Shown: positions 27,458-40,683 of the stretch, in pieces
Numbering within the stretch: position 1 is the first letter of the stretch
Layout of the letters: each line of letters starts with the position of its first letter
Assembly (NCBI RefSeq): GCF_016432865.1
Contig: NC_067398.1
Span: forward strand, 725,834,001 to 725,898,000
Direction of reading: 5' to 3'
DNA from: Antechinus flavipes
Taxonomy: Eukaryota
Length of the DNA stretch: 64,000 bases
The notes under the pieces: model-generated
What the model was told of the DNA's origin: nothing
What the model saw: only the letters and a program-made list of their open reading frames with translations
Database searches by the model: none
Position numbers and translations under genes: made by a program

Positions 27458-30400
27458 AAAAGCTGGGAACAAAGTAGATGTTCAACAACTGGGGAATAGT
27501 TAAACAATTTGTTGTCCATGGGCAAAATGGAAGATTACTATCAGTAATGACCACAGAGGAGTCAGGGAAGACTTAGAAGTGAAATAAGTAGAACCAAAAA
27601 GCCAAAATATACAACAAGCACAGTGTGAATATAAAGAACAATCCCTACAAAACTCCCAAATTGGATGTGGAAAAATGGTAACAACAGGGTTGATCCCAGA
27701 AGGGATCTGGGAAGACACCTGCCCCAGTTCAACTGCAGAAGTGGGTATCCAAAGACAGAATTTAAGTTAGGGGGACTTTGAACAGCCAGCTAAGCCAATT
27801 CATAAGTAAAAGGATTCAATCTCTCCTATAACATGCCCACCAAGTGTTCTTCAGCCTCTGCTTATACTGAAGATACCATCAGGCTTTTCAATATGGAGAT
27901 TCATTTTGCAAAAGTTTTTTCTCTTTCTTTTTTCCCTTCATTTTTATGACATGACTCTCTATAAAGAGATGAGATGAGGGAAGCAGCAAGAAATGTAGGT
28001 GATGTGAAAAAATAAAATATATCAACAAAATCTCATTTTGAAAATATTTCTGCTAAAAGCTAACATTTAAGAGCTATAGTAAATTGATGCAAACTTCTAA
28101 GAAAATGAAATCTTTTTCAAAGGACAAATGCTGAAAGCAAATAAAACCAGGCAGTTGAGGAAAAAACTTCACAAATTACTACTAGCCATGTGATAAATCG
28201 TTCCAGGTTCTTTCTCCCAGAAGACAACATCTGTCTGCAGAACCATCTGTTCTCTTTCTCATGTGCTCATGAGCCAGGAAGAGTAAGAGAAAGCATTCTC
28301 CTGCATCCTCACTGCCTCTCCAAACTGGCCTTCTGTCCCCCTCTTCCTTCGAGGCTGGTTCACTACCCACCCTTGTTTAACTGCTTCTCGGGAGATTCAG
28401 GGCCAGATGCTCAGTCTTCCTCACAAGCCCAATCCTGTCTGGGATTCCACTGTATGTGGCAGATTCCCACCAAAACCAGAGCCAAGAAAGCGTGGCCACA
28501 CAACCAAGCCAAGCCTTCCCCAGAGCACTGACAGACAAAATGGAAATGGGACGAGGGAAAAGTCCTGTTAAGGATCAATCTGAGGAGCCATTTCCCCATC
28601 CAGGACAGAGCAGCTCCCCTTGGGCCCTAACCAACAATTCCTGATGGGCTGCGGAGGGAACACAGAAAGGAAAAGCAGCAGGGTGGGCTGCAGAGGAAGG
28701 AGAACCCTCCTCCATGCTGGGGCCATTCTGGGATCAAAGGTCAAAGAATGAGAGGATGCCAATGAAGGAGGGAGAGAAGAGAGGCGGGAGGGAAACTGGG
28801 GAGCTTAACGATCATGGACCAGCTGCTGAGAAGGCGACACTGCCTAACGTCCGAGCCAGGGCTTCACGAGGCTCATAAATTCACAAACCAAGGACATCCC
28901 CCAAAGGCAGGAGGAAGGAACAAGTCCGTTTTCTGACACGGTCATCAGGGAATGGGGCTGGCTTGACAATACTTACTACTGGGGTTTGTTTTTTTTTCCC
29001 TAATGGGAAGAGAAAAAAAAATGCTTGTTTAAAAAAAAAGTATGAGTTTTCAAAAAGTAGCAGGAAACATGCAACCTTTTATAAGAGACATTTCATAACG
29101 CACTCTCCTCTCTCCCCAACCGCCTTATTAATGCCAGATTCACCTTCCGGGGCCCCGGGGCGTCACAACTCTGATGTCCTCCTCATTTCCTATCTAATCC
29201 CCCTCCCCTCCTCAGAGACCTCCATCCAGAGCCCCTCAGGGCTGAGGTGGGGTCTCCCTGCCTCAGTCTCTCCCCCCTCCAGTCCCTCCTACATTCAGCC
29301 ACCAAAGGGATTTCCCTAAAATGCAGAATCAGCCTCCTCCCTAACCTCCAGTGGCTCTTCCTTCCTCCGGGACAAAATACAAAGGGCTGCACGAACCTGG
29401 ACCCTCGGCCTTCTCTCGCCTCGCCCCCTCCCATGCCCACCGGCCACTCCCAGCGGCAGGTGGGTCACAGCGGAGTCAGAGCCAGGCCTGGAAATGCAGG
29501 AAGGGCCTTTGGGAGCCAAACAGACGATTTCACACGTGACCTGGCAGTAAGGAAGAGCCACTGGCCGGACCACAAGGCGCTAAAACAAGGAGCCCGACGT
29601 TGGCGGCAAAGTCAGGGATCGCCCCAAGGGTTCAGGGCCCCTCTGAGAACAAGGTTATGTGGGTCACCACGAAGCTGGGCGCCGGGTGAGGAAGGCCGCC
29701 GTGGATGGGGGTCCCCCCGCAGGAGGGGAAGGCTCAGCTGCCCCTCCACTTCCTGTGTGCCCATCGCTGCCGGCCTGAGCACCGCTCGGTGCTCACGGAC
29801 TGACCGGGTCACCCTTCCCTCAATTCCCTGCTTGTGTCTAAAATATGTCAACACGAGGAGGCTTCCCATCACCAATAACTGAATGGACCTAAATCTCAAC
29901 TGGGTGACCAATCTTCCTTAAGCAATCCTGTCCTTGCCAAAAAATGACATAATTCTGCCACAGGACTGACTGGAAAAACCCTTCCAGACTTCCACTGGCA
30001 GCCTGGAATCAAGGCCCAGGAAGGGCTGGTCTGAGTCTGTGTTTGTGGAGCTCCATAGCCAAGAGTAAAACAAACAGGGACTTCAACGGAGCCTTTGACC
30101 TCACTTAGTGGGAGCTAAGGTTTAAGATCAGGCAGGAAAGGGGATTTTTCTGCTGAAAAGCTAAGTGCTCCTGGCAGCACTCCCGGGAGGCAGGGACTGT
30201 ATTCTCCCTCTTCTTGGATACCCAGTGTTTAGCAAAGTACCTGGCACACAGTAGGTGCTTAATAAACATTTACTCTCTGTATTCCCAATCCTGGCCAAGT
30301 ACGGAATGCAAAGAGAGAGAGCAAGAAGAGGAAAGGTGGAGGTTTAAAAGGTTTTCTTTTTGCCACTGCTGTTGTTTGCAAGGCGATCGGAGTTGTGACT

Positions 30401-31425
30401 TGCCCAGAGTCACACAGGTATTAAGTCTCAAGTGTCTGAGGCTGGATTTGACAGACTTAGGCCCGCACTCTATCCCTTGCTCCATCGAGCTGCCCCTGAA
30501 TGTTTTCTACATAAAAAAAGAGGATTTCACTTGGTAGAATTGTCCTGCAAACAGCACACTTCAAGCACTTCCTCTCTTCTCTCCAGGATGATGGAAAAGA
30601 GAATTAAAATGCTGCTTCCAAACAGGCCACGAGGTTTCCACTCGAGGTTTGGAAGCCTCTCATCCGCCCGAGCAACTATTAACTCTTCTCCAGTTTGGGA
30701 AGGAAGGAAGCTCTGTTTGAGGCAGAGGGAGGATGTTTTCCCTCCTGCTATTTCTGTGGGGAGAATTCAGACAAACTCATCCAGGAGAATCAGCAGCTAA
30801 AGGAAGGGCACAAATAGCATTTTTGCAAGCCCTTAAGAGACCAGATGAAAAAACACCCCTTTGTACAGCTCGGAAGTTTCCATTCCCACCCAAGAAAGAA
30901 TAAAGTGATGAAATGGATTTCATCTGAATAAATGTCCTGCACCCTTTCCTAGAAATAAAGACATGGAAAAGACTAAGAAAGGAGGGGTGAGGGAAAGTAC
31001 ATAAAGATGGACAACCTGGAAGTTCACAGGCCTTTAATCAGAGTCTATAGGGAGGAAAAGGTTGTCCCTCGTTCCCCTCCCCAACCTCACCTGGGAGCAG
31101 GGGGAGAGGACAAGGGGAGCTAAAGGCTGCAGGCAGCTCCCCTCACGTTTTCTGAGAACACAAAGGATGGAAGTAGACCAGAACAGGGACAGCCATAAAG
31201 GGCCACGTGACTCCCCACCTGTCAAAGATGCTGCATCACACTAGGAAAAACACCGAATACAGCATGGAAGCCAACATCCAGGATGAGTGGCTGATTATCC
31301 CCAATATGGCAAGGGGAGGTGGGAAAGAGAATATGTACCCCCCTCATCCTGGGGCTCCCCTTTCCTTAAGCCTGAGGAGATGTGCACACCCTTCTCCCCT
31401 CCCCCAGCCTGGCCAAATCACTCAC

Positions 31426-31521
31426 CTGGAGGGTGGATTCCAGAACCTCTTTCCTCGGGTCGCCATGGCGCCTCCCCTCGCTCTAGCTGGACAATCATTT
31501 CTGGTGTGGAAGCAGCCAGTC
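31426..31521 (-). CDS. ZNF-B KRAB-B exon
   Basis: 96 nt, cAG/GTGAGT flanks; GLAASTPEMIVQLERGEAPWRPEERGSGIHPP. Confidence 0.9.
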
Positions 31522-31844
31522 CTGCCCAATGAACACGGAGAAAGGCTCAGGACAGAAAGCTTCCCACCTAAGGGTCAATCCCAGCTCCTGTCTCTGAGAG
31601 AGTAAGTGGGCCCACCAGGAAGACCCCCTAGGGCAGGAGAAAAAACCATTACATGACAATCTTCCAATATGGAGAAAAGGTGAGAGAAAAAATGGCTTCC
31701 TGCTGAGAAGGGCAGTTCTTGGACCGAGGGAGCAGAGCGTGGAGAAGACACAATTATAGGATGACAAGACCAAGCTGCCAGGCTCCAGGTACATCCGGGG
31801 CCAAGAAACACAAGGGCCCCGATTCGGGTCCCAAGGATCTCTCA

Positions 31845-32057
<213 letters not shown>

Positions 32058-32105
32058 TCACCCAGGGACCACAATTTCTAGTGCCCTGGGAAGAAGGGGA
32101 AGCTG

Positions 32106-32260
32106 GGGGCAGCTAGGTGGTGCAGTGGGAAGAGTACCACCCCAAAGTCAGGCGGGCTTGAGTTCAAATCTGGCCTCAGACACTTAACACCTCCTAGCTG
32201 CGTGACCCTGGACAAGTCACTTAATCCCAATTGCCTCAGCCCCCCAAAAAAAGAAGAAGA
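32106..32260 (+). mobile_element. WSINE1-type short SINE
   Basis: ggggcagctaggtggtgcagtgg...gagttcaaatctggcctcagacac...caagtcacttaatcccaattgcctc plus A-rich tail. Confidence 0.8.
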
Positions 32261-33009
32261 GAAAGCCAGAAGGACAGCTCAGGCAGTGGAAGGGCACAAT
32301 CACCTATGTGAGAATAACCTGGTCTCCTAGGATTGTCTACAGTCTTTGACAAGCTCCATCACCCTCAAAGACTGGATTATCTCTTATCCCTAATTTTCCT
32401 CACACTGGTTATCCTCCTACTTGTCTGACTGATCACTCTGCATCTTTAAGAGGGTTACACCCAATTAACAGAGAACACCGTCTAAAGTGTCTATTTGGCC
32501 CCTTTTCTCTTCTCTCTCTAGTGTGCTTACTGATCTCACAGCTCCCATGGATTTACCATCACAGATAACTCTCAGATTGACTTATCCAGCCCTTACCTTT
32601 CTCCTAGATTCACCCCTCCAACTGTTAGACATCTCAAAGCAAATGTCCTCTAAGACATCTTGAACTCAACACACCCAAAATTGAATTCACTATTTACCCT
32701 CAACAGACTGTGAGTTCTTGGTGGCAAGGACTATCTCCTGCTTTTCTTTATAATCCCAGGGTATAAAGGGCTTGATATAGTACCTAGCACATGGTAGGTG
32801 CTTAATAAATGTTTTTTGACTGACTTGAATCTCCCCTCACTTACTTTCCTCATCTCCATGAAGGACACCACCATCTTCCCAACCCCCCAAGCTTCCCAAC
32901 CTCAGAGTCATCCTAATTCCTCACTTACTCACCCCAACCCCGATTCCCATTCTCCATATCCAGTGTGGCAAAAAGGCCTGTCCGCTGGGCCTCTGCACCA
33001 TATCTGGTC

Positions 33010-33780
33010 CATTTCACTTCTGCCGCACCTCTAGTCAATGTCACCTCTGCAACATCTCTAGTCAATGTCACCTCTGCAGCACCTCTGCAACATCTCTAGT
33101 CAATGTCACTTTTGCAGCACCTCTGGTCCGTTTTACCTTTGTAACATCTCTAGTCAATGTCACTTCTGATCCATTTCACCTCTGTATAATCTCTAGTCAA
33201 TGTCACTTCTGATCCATTTCACCTCTGTATAATCTCTAGTCAATGTCACTTCTGATCCATTTCACCTCTGTATAATCTCTAGTCAATGTCATCTCTGCAG
33301 CACCTCTGCAACATCTCTAGTCAATGTCACCTCTGCAGCACCTCTGCAACACCTCTAGTCAATGTCACTTTTGCAGCACCTCTGGTCTGTTTTACCTTTG
33401 TAACATCTCTAGTCAATGTCACCTCTGATCCATTTCACCTCTGTATAATTTCTAGTCAATGTCACCTCTTCAGTACCTCTGCAACACCTTTAGTCTATGT
33501 CATCTCTGCAACACGTTTAGTCAACATCATCTCTGGTCCATTTCACCTCTGTATTATCTCTAGTTAATGTCATTTCTGCAGCACTTCTGGTCCACTTCAC
33601 CTCTGCAACATATCTATCAAGGTCACTTCTGCAGCACCTCTATAAGGCCTTTAGTCAATGTCATTTCTTTTTTTTTTTTAATTTTTATTTAATAATTACT
33701 TTATATTGACAGAATCCATGCCAGGGAGTCAATGTCATTTCTGCAGCACCTCTGGTCCATTTCACCTCTGTAACATCTCC
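33010..33780. repeat. complex tandem repeat in ZNF-B 5' intron
   Basis: About 16 copies of (tc)tagtcaatgtca interleaved with cacctctgca(g/a)ca; three near-identical 43-bp units at about 33146-33280. Confidence 0.88.
33668..33726 (-). mobile_element. 59-bp L1 3' tail inserted into the tandem repeat
   Basis: poly(T) + ttatattgacagaatccatgccaggg; 15-bp TSD AGTCAATGTCATTTC at 33653-33667 and 33727-33741. Confidence 0.88.
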
Positions 33781-35399
33781 CCTTGCCACTCCCTTCTCTC
33801 TGATCTTGACTTTCATCATCTCATGCCTAGATTATGGTAATAACTACCGGGGGTGCCTGCTTGTCTCAAGATCTCTCTTCTTCAATCTAATCTCCATTCA
33901 ATGTTCAAAGTGGTTTTTCTAAAATGCTGATAATCACTTCCCCTACTCCAGTGATTCCCTATTGCCTTCAGGAACAAATACAAAATTCTGTTGGGCATTC
34001 AAAAACTGATTCCCTGCACATCCTTTTCTATCCAGTGTTACTGGTCTCCTGGCTATGCCCATCTCTCAGCTCCGGGAATTCTCTTTGATTGTCCCCCATG
34101 CCTGAAAGGCTCTATCTTCTCTGCTCTGCCTATTCATCTCCCTGGCTCCCTTTAAGCCTCCTCCAACTCCTACAGGCAGCTTTTGCCAACACCTCTTAAT
34201 TACAGTGCCTTCCTAATTGTATTCAGTTGTTCTGCCTGTTCTCTCACTCATTCTATTGGAAGTGAGAGCAGGGATTGTCTCCTGCCTTTCTTTAGCTATT
34301 CAGGATTCACTACTATGTCTGGCACATAGTCAGTATTTAATAAAAGCTTCTTGACTTGACTCTGCATTCTGAACAATGCTTCTGGTGCACTACAGATCTG
34401 CTGCAACTTATTCACATCAGTGTGCCATCCAGTCAGGGATGGACAGCGATGCCTCACAATGAATGCCACTGATGACAGTCTCCTCCCAAGCTACCAAGAT
34501 GCCGACCAGAAAAGCAGTTTGGGGCAAGATGCAGCTGGGAGGCAGAAAACAGGGTTTTTTATAAAAGTTACTACAAAAGAAAGAACAGACTTCACTGGAC
34601 CCATGGAAACAGTATCTTCTTGGTCAGGTAACAAATCAACATTGGTTAGGGTCCCATTACAGACCTTAAAAGGGGGCCTTTTTGGACTATTCAAAGTCTT
34701 TAGGAATCCTGGAGTGATGGGGGAAGGAGGTGAAGGGCAAACAGCACAAAGTGGAAGTCGGGTGGCTCGATCCCTTCTCCAACCCCATCTCCTGCCTCCA
34801 AACCTTCCTGCTGGCAGCCATGCAGCCACTTCAAGGCCTCCTCTGCACATGCTGGGCCCAGACAGAAATGCCAACCAGAGCCACCGCACTGGGGGCACCC
34901 CAGGCCAGACTAGTGTCTGCTAAGGCCGGGGAGGGTACAAGGCTGGGGTCGCCTCGCCCCCTTGGTACCAATTCTTGACCCTGCAGGTCAGGGAGGCAGA
35001 CTTGGGCTTTTCCCTGTCTCCTCCCCCCATTCCTATCTTCAGTCCTCCCCTCTCCACGTGTGCCCCGACTCCAGACAGACTTGGAGCTCTTCCCCGCCGG
35101 ACCCCTTCCCTTCCCCTGCCCCCAGTCAGTGTCCCGCCCCCGCTAACCACATTAGGGTCTGCCCCACCCCATATCCGCCAAGACCCCCTCCAGAGCATGC
35201 GCTCCCTTGCCCAGGCTGGATTTCAGGTCCTCCCCTCTCCTTGGGCGGGTGGCTGCCTCAGTTTCCCCACCTGTCACACGGGGATGAGCCTCCAGGCAGG
35301 AACCTTCCACAAGCTCGGGAAGCTTCCCAGTCTACGTGTTCCTCCCTCCACCCTTCCAAGCCCCGGATTCCGGACCCACCAGAGTGGAAGCCGCGCTTG

Positions 35400-36350
35400 C
35401 TCCCCGAGGACCCTCTTCCACGGATGCGGCCCGAGCAGGGGCTAGAAAGGGAGTGGGCATCCCGGAAGGCAGCCTGGAGGAGGCGGTCGCGGGGCCCATG
35501 AAAGTGACGAGAGACCTTGCGCGTGCGCACACAGGGCATCCGTGAGGGGCGTGGCCAGACGCCCGGGCCCCGAACTCTCGGTCTGGTCTCGGTTTTCTTG
35601 GGACTCCCGAAGCTGTATTACAAAACTCCACTTCCGGGAGGGTGGGGGAACGAAGCGAATGGACGGAAGCGGACGTTACGGAACCGGATCGAGGGCAAGG
35701 CCTTGTGGGAATGGTAGTGCATCCCCTGATGCCCCTGGCAGCCGCTTGAAAAGGCCCCGAACTTTCCTCTCGGCCTGCTAGAGCCTGCCCACCTCCCCTC
35801 GCTTCCAAGGGAGCGCGATGAGCCCCCCGGGATCCGCTCCAGTCCTCCCCCAACCCCGAGCTCCGGACGCCGCCCCTCCGTTCTCTAAAGTGGCCCAGTT
35901 GGCCCCGCCTCCTGAAGGGAAGCTAAGGAGGGAAGGTCCTGGTTGACCTCAGCCGGGGCAGGTCCCCTCCCCCGCCCTTCCGTGCCCCCAGCCTTGCCCT
36001 GGGCCCTCATGAGGGCAGGGACTGTAGGAAAAAATGGGCCTTCAGGCCCTGGTTGGTTGGTCCGTCCGTCCATTCTTGGTTCTGGAAGGCCCGCCGTGAC
36101 ATCCCGGTGTCGGGGTCCTGCGGTTCCAAAGGCCGGATGAGGAAGCGCGCTCCCCTGCGGAGAAGGGCTGCAGGCAGGCGGAAGCGAGCGCTTTCAACTT
36201 TCTCGGTCCGTGCCTCAAGGCTTATTGTACAAAGTGACCCCTGGGGGACGTTGTCCGTAACCGCCCGCGGAAAATCTGGCTGCCGTCTGTCTCAGGGAGT
36301 GGGGAAGGGAGGGAAGTTAACTCGAAATGTTAATGTTTTTCTATTTTATT
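35400..36350 (-). promoter_or_regulatory. CpG island, probable ZNF-B promoter
   Basis: CpG-rich; ETS-type CACTTCCGG near 35629-35637 and CGGAAG motifs near 35663 and 36178; nearest island upstream of KRAB-A on the minus strand. Confidence 0.6.
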
Positions 36351-36469
36351 TTCTCTGGTTATACATGTACGTTAATTTTTAAATACATATTTCTTTGTGA
36401 ATCATGTTGGGAGAGAAAATCAGAACAAAAGGGAAAAACCATGAGAAAAAAAAGCGAACATAGCACGTT

Positions 36470-36850
36470 TCTGCTTTACATCCCTCTCTGGATGTGGATG
36501 GCGTTTTCTATCCGAGGTTTATCGGGATTGATTTGGATCGCTGAGCCTCCGAGAAAAACCATATCTTCCGTAGTTGACATCGCACATTCTTGCCGTTCCT
36601 GTGTCCAATGTAGCCCTGGTTCTGCTTGGTTCCGTCAGCATCAACGTGTAAATCTCTTCAGGCCTTTCTAAGATCAGCTTGTTCATTTCTTACAGAACAA
36701 TAATATTCCATAACATTCATATCCCAGAACTTATTCAGTCATTCTCCAACCGATGGGCATCCACTCACTTTCCAGTTCTTTGCTACCACAAAAAGAGCTG
36801 CTACAAACATTTTTGCCCCTGTGGGTCCTTTTCCCTTCTTTAAGCTTTAA
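36470..36850 (-). mobile_element. L1 3' region fragment (CpG-enriched)
   Basis: ctctggatgtggatggc...cctggttctgct...cagcatcaacgtgtaaatctcttcaggcc...gatgggcatccactcactttccagttctttgctaccacaaaaagagctgc. Confidence 0.8.
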
Positions 36851-37929
36851 AAAATAAAAACAAAGACAAGGGACTATTTCAACTGCTAATCCTTGTAATG
36901 TCCCTTTATTACTTGGTCAGAAACCTAGTAAGAATGAATACCTGCTGGTTTGTCCAAAACATAAGTTAAGGTTGCACATTTTATTTTTTGGCCTCTTTAC
37001 CTAATTGGCCCAAATCTGGAGACTATACAATCCCATGCCCCTCCAAATATGTACTTTTTAAAAATAGTGAGTTTGCATGCTGCTTCTTTTCTATTCCTAT
37101 AAATGAGTTAGTAGAACATACTAACATATGTAGAACATATGTTTTTTCCCCACCAGCCCCTTTCAACAACAAATGTGTTGTAAACTCCCAAAGTCATTTA
37201 ACATAGACTGCTCACAAAATTCTTCTGGATTTATTAAATACTTATAACTTCAATTACAATTTTTGCATCAAAAAGTTCCAAATTAAAATATACATTATGT
37301 AATTGTTATAAGCATATTTTTATTCTACCACTAATTAGAAAAACTAAATATAAAATTATACAATAATTGCAAATATTTTATATGGAACATTCTGTAGGAA
37401 TTATAAAAAGTTAATTCAACAAGAAGTAATATGCTTAGTATTATTTGTGAGCCTTCACATTAAATTTATTTTCAAATTCTCAGTATAATAATTTTATTGA
37501 AATAAGTTACAATTAAAAAGGTGTTTAATACTGACATAAAAATTATATAATTTCAACATTGCATTTTATCTGAAAGTTTGCAATACAGGGAAATATGATC
37601 TTAAATCAGGCTCTACATATTTATTTTGATTTAAAATAAGAAAAAATTAAAATACACAAATATGTGGTGAAAAAGCATAAGATGATTTCCCAAGCTCTCT
37701 TGCTAAGATATGGAAATCATTTTTAGCCAAAAATGTATATGGCTGTCATTTTTTAATATATATATAGTTTGAATTCTATTATTTTTTTTATTGTTAATTC
37801 ATCAGCCAAAGATATATCAAATGGGTTGTGAATCTAATTTCAGAAACTATTCATTGGAAGTCATTTCAGTTTAATTATGTCTGGCTTGATGAGACAAAGA
37901 CAGTTCATTTTCTAATAAGAAATAAAAGC

Positions 37930-38470
37930 TCTGCAATTTGGAAATATGCCCCAAAGGGCTATTAAATTGTGCATATCCCTTGATCTAGCAGTGTCTTTAC
38001 TGAATCTGTCTCCCAAAGAGATCTTAAAGGAGGGAAAGGGATCCACATGTGCAGTTCTTTTTGTGGTGCAAAGGAACTGGAAACTGAGGGGATATCTATC
38101 CACAGAATAGTTGAGTAAGTTATGTTACATGAATGTAATGAAATATAGTTCTACAAGAAACAATCAGCAGGATGATATCAGAAAGGCCTGGAAAGACTTG
38201 CATGAACTGATGCCAAGAGAAGGGAGTAGAACTAAGAACATTGTAAGCAGCAACAATATTATATGAGGTTCAAATGTAATGGATTTGAGCTCTTTTCAAC
38301 AATGAGATGATTCAAGGCAATTCCATGGGATGGAAAGTGCCATCTGCATCCAGAGAGAGAACTAAGGAGACTGAATGTGATTTTTCATTTTTTGTTATTT
38401 GCTTGCTTTTTGTTTTCTTTCAACTTCTGATCTAATTTTTCTTGTGCAGCATGATGAATATGAAAATGTG
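37930..38470 (+). mobile_element. L1 ORF2-end/3'UTR fragment
   Basis: ccaaagagatc...gggaaagggatccacatgtgca...ggaactggaaactgaggggat...gaaaggcctggaaagacttgcatgaactgatgc. Confidence 0.75.
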
Positions 38471-38645
38471 TTTAGAAGAATTGCATGTTTACTTTTTAAA
38501 AAGCTCAGTGAATTGTGTGGTTCTAAATTTTTAGTTTCTTGATAATACGTGTTTCTTTTTCTTGAGCTTTGAATATTTATTTAGCACCCTTTGACAAGGT
38601 GCTGAGTTTTTCTAAAACAACATTTTTTGAAAATATCTGCTAAAC

Positions 38646-39288
38646 CTCTTTGTAGTGGCCAGAAACTGGAAACTGATTAGATGCCCATCAAGTGGAGAAT
38701 GGCTGAAAAATTGTGGTATATGAATATTATTGTTCGGTAAGAAATGAACAACAGGACAATTTCAGAAAGGCCTGGAGAGACTTACACGAACTGATGCTGA
38801 GTGAAATGAGCAGGGCTAGGAGATCATTATATACTTCAACAATACTATATGATGATCAATTCTGATGGACATGACCATCTTCAGCAATGAGATGAACCAA
38901 ATCAGTTTCAGTGGCGCAGTAATGAACTGAACCAGCTACACCCAATGAAAGAACTCTGGGAGATGACTAAGAACCATTATATTGAATTCCCAATCCCTAT
39001 ATCTTTGCCTGCCTGCATTTTGGATTTCCTTCACAGGCTAATTGTACAATATTTCAGAGTCTGATTCTTTTTGTACAGCAAAATAACGGTTTGGACATGT
39101 ATACTTATTTTGTATCTAATTTATACTTTAATATATTTAACATCTACTGGTCATCCTGCCATCTAGGGGAGGGGGTGGGGGAAAGGAGGGGAAAAATTGG
39201 AACAAAAGTTTCCGCAATTGTCAATGCTGTAAAATTACCCATACATATAACTTGTAAATAAAAGCTATTAAAATTTTTTTTAAAAAAA
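38646..39288 (+). mobile_element. 5'-truncated L1 with poly(A) and TSD
   Basis: L1 3' region; TSD AAAATATCTGCTAAAC at 38630-38645 and 39290-39305. Confidence 0.88.
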
Positions 39289-39305
39289 GAAAATATCTGC
39301 TAAAC

Positions 39306-39491
39306 AGGTAACTGTATAAATATATATATATATTGGATTTAACATTTAATATGTATTGGAGTACCTGCCATGTATGGGAGGGGGTGAGGAGGAGGGGAAA
39401 AGTTGTAACAGAAGGTTTTGCAAGGGTCAATGTTGAAAAATTACCCATGCGTGTTTTGTAAATAAAAAGCTATAATAATAATAATAATAAA
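39306..39491 (+). mobile_element. second short L1 3' tail with (AAT)n end
   Basis: L1 tail ...aaaattacccatgc...aataaaaagctat(aat)n; TSD ATCTGCTAAAC at 39295-39305 and 39492-39502. Confidence 0.8.
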
Positions 39492-40683
39492 ATCTGCTAA
39501 ACGTGCTAATCTTTATAGTTGTCATATCATTTTTGTACTCAGTTGAAAAGAATGACCACTGAAGAAAACTATTCTCTCAATTCAAATAGACAAATAATAA
39601 TTCTGCCACGAGAGTAAAATCTGTTAGAAGTGTAATGTACTCACTGCCCTCTATAAAGTTGAGAATTAGTATGTCATGATTTTTTGTTGATGTTACAACT
39701 TGCAGTGCATTCACTATGTATTTTCATTTTTAAATGTGAAACAATGTTCCAACATTTGCCAATCATCAATGTTAGTTAGTTAAACTTTATAAACAGAGGA
39801 CCAATTGTTTTTCAAAGTATGAACTAATTAGATTAAAAAGTATATTTTCCAGTTGTACATCTAATTAAGTGATGAGGAAATAGCATATTCTCTACTATTT
39901 TCCCACCATGCAGATCTCACAAAAATAATTTTAAAATTACTAGGTTACCAACATAACGAGTCTCATTTAATTGCAAAGTATAAATATCACTTTTTTGAAT
40001 CCTTTATTCAATGAGTTCAACATTATTGGACAGTTGTGTCTGCTATGTTTAATGTACTTAAAATTTAAATGCACATACAGCTTTATTTTAAATAATGTTT
40101 CTATATAATCATCTAATCTTTATAAGGAAAGGATCCCTTTAGATAAAAGATTTTCTTTCCTTTTATCACTGGCACACCAGCTACACCCTCCTAAAAACTT
40201 CTGAATTAACCAGTGTTGCCAACTAGGTCATTTGAAAATGTATCAGACAGACTTGACTTAGTTGTCCAGCTAGCGAATGGGTCCAACCTAGATTTCCAAG
40301 ACTTAGATCCAACATGTAGTTTTCCTTCTGTGCTTGACAGCTTTATAATAAAACCAGTTATCTGTTTAAAAAGAAAAGAAAATGTACCAGACAGAAGAGT
40401 AGTAACTTAAGCAGAGAATGAGTTTAAATCATAAAACAGCTTTAATAGTGCAATAATAATGAAGTTTGTTTCTACAGAACATTTGTGATAAGTCTGTGAT
40501 GGTTTCAAGAGAGCTAATAATGCCTAGTGATGGTCAATGTTCACAACATCTCAATCATGTGAAGACCAGCTGATGAGGTAAGACTACAGTGTAAAGGAAA
40601 GGAATCAGAGCACCACTATGATGCACAGTACAGAATGCCAATGAGATGCATTTGCATCTGTTCATTTGTTAGTAATAGGTTCA

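Noticed and set aside
32106-32260. tRNA-like A/B boxes here and at 48785 and 61849
   Set aside because: These are tRNA-derived SINE heads followed by a CORE segment and poly(A), not tRNA genes
34804-34821. Candidate ZNF-B start exon ATG GCT GCC AGC AGG AAG|GTTTGG (minus)
   Set aside because: Phase fits, but the donor and Kozak context are weak; cannot be supported without transcript data
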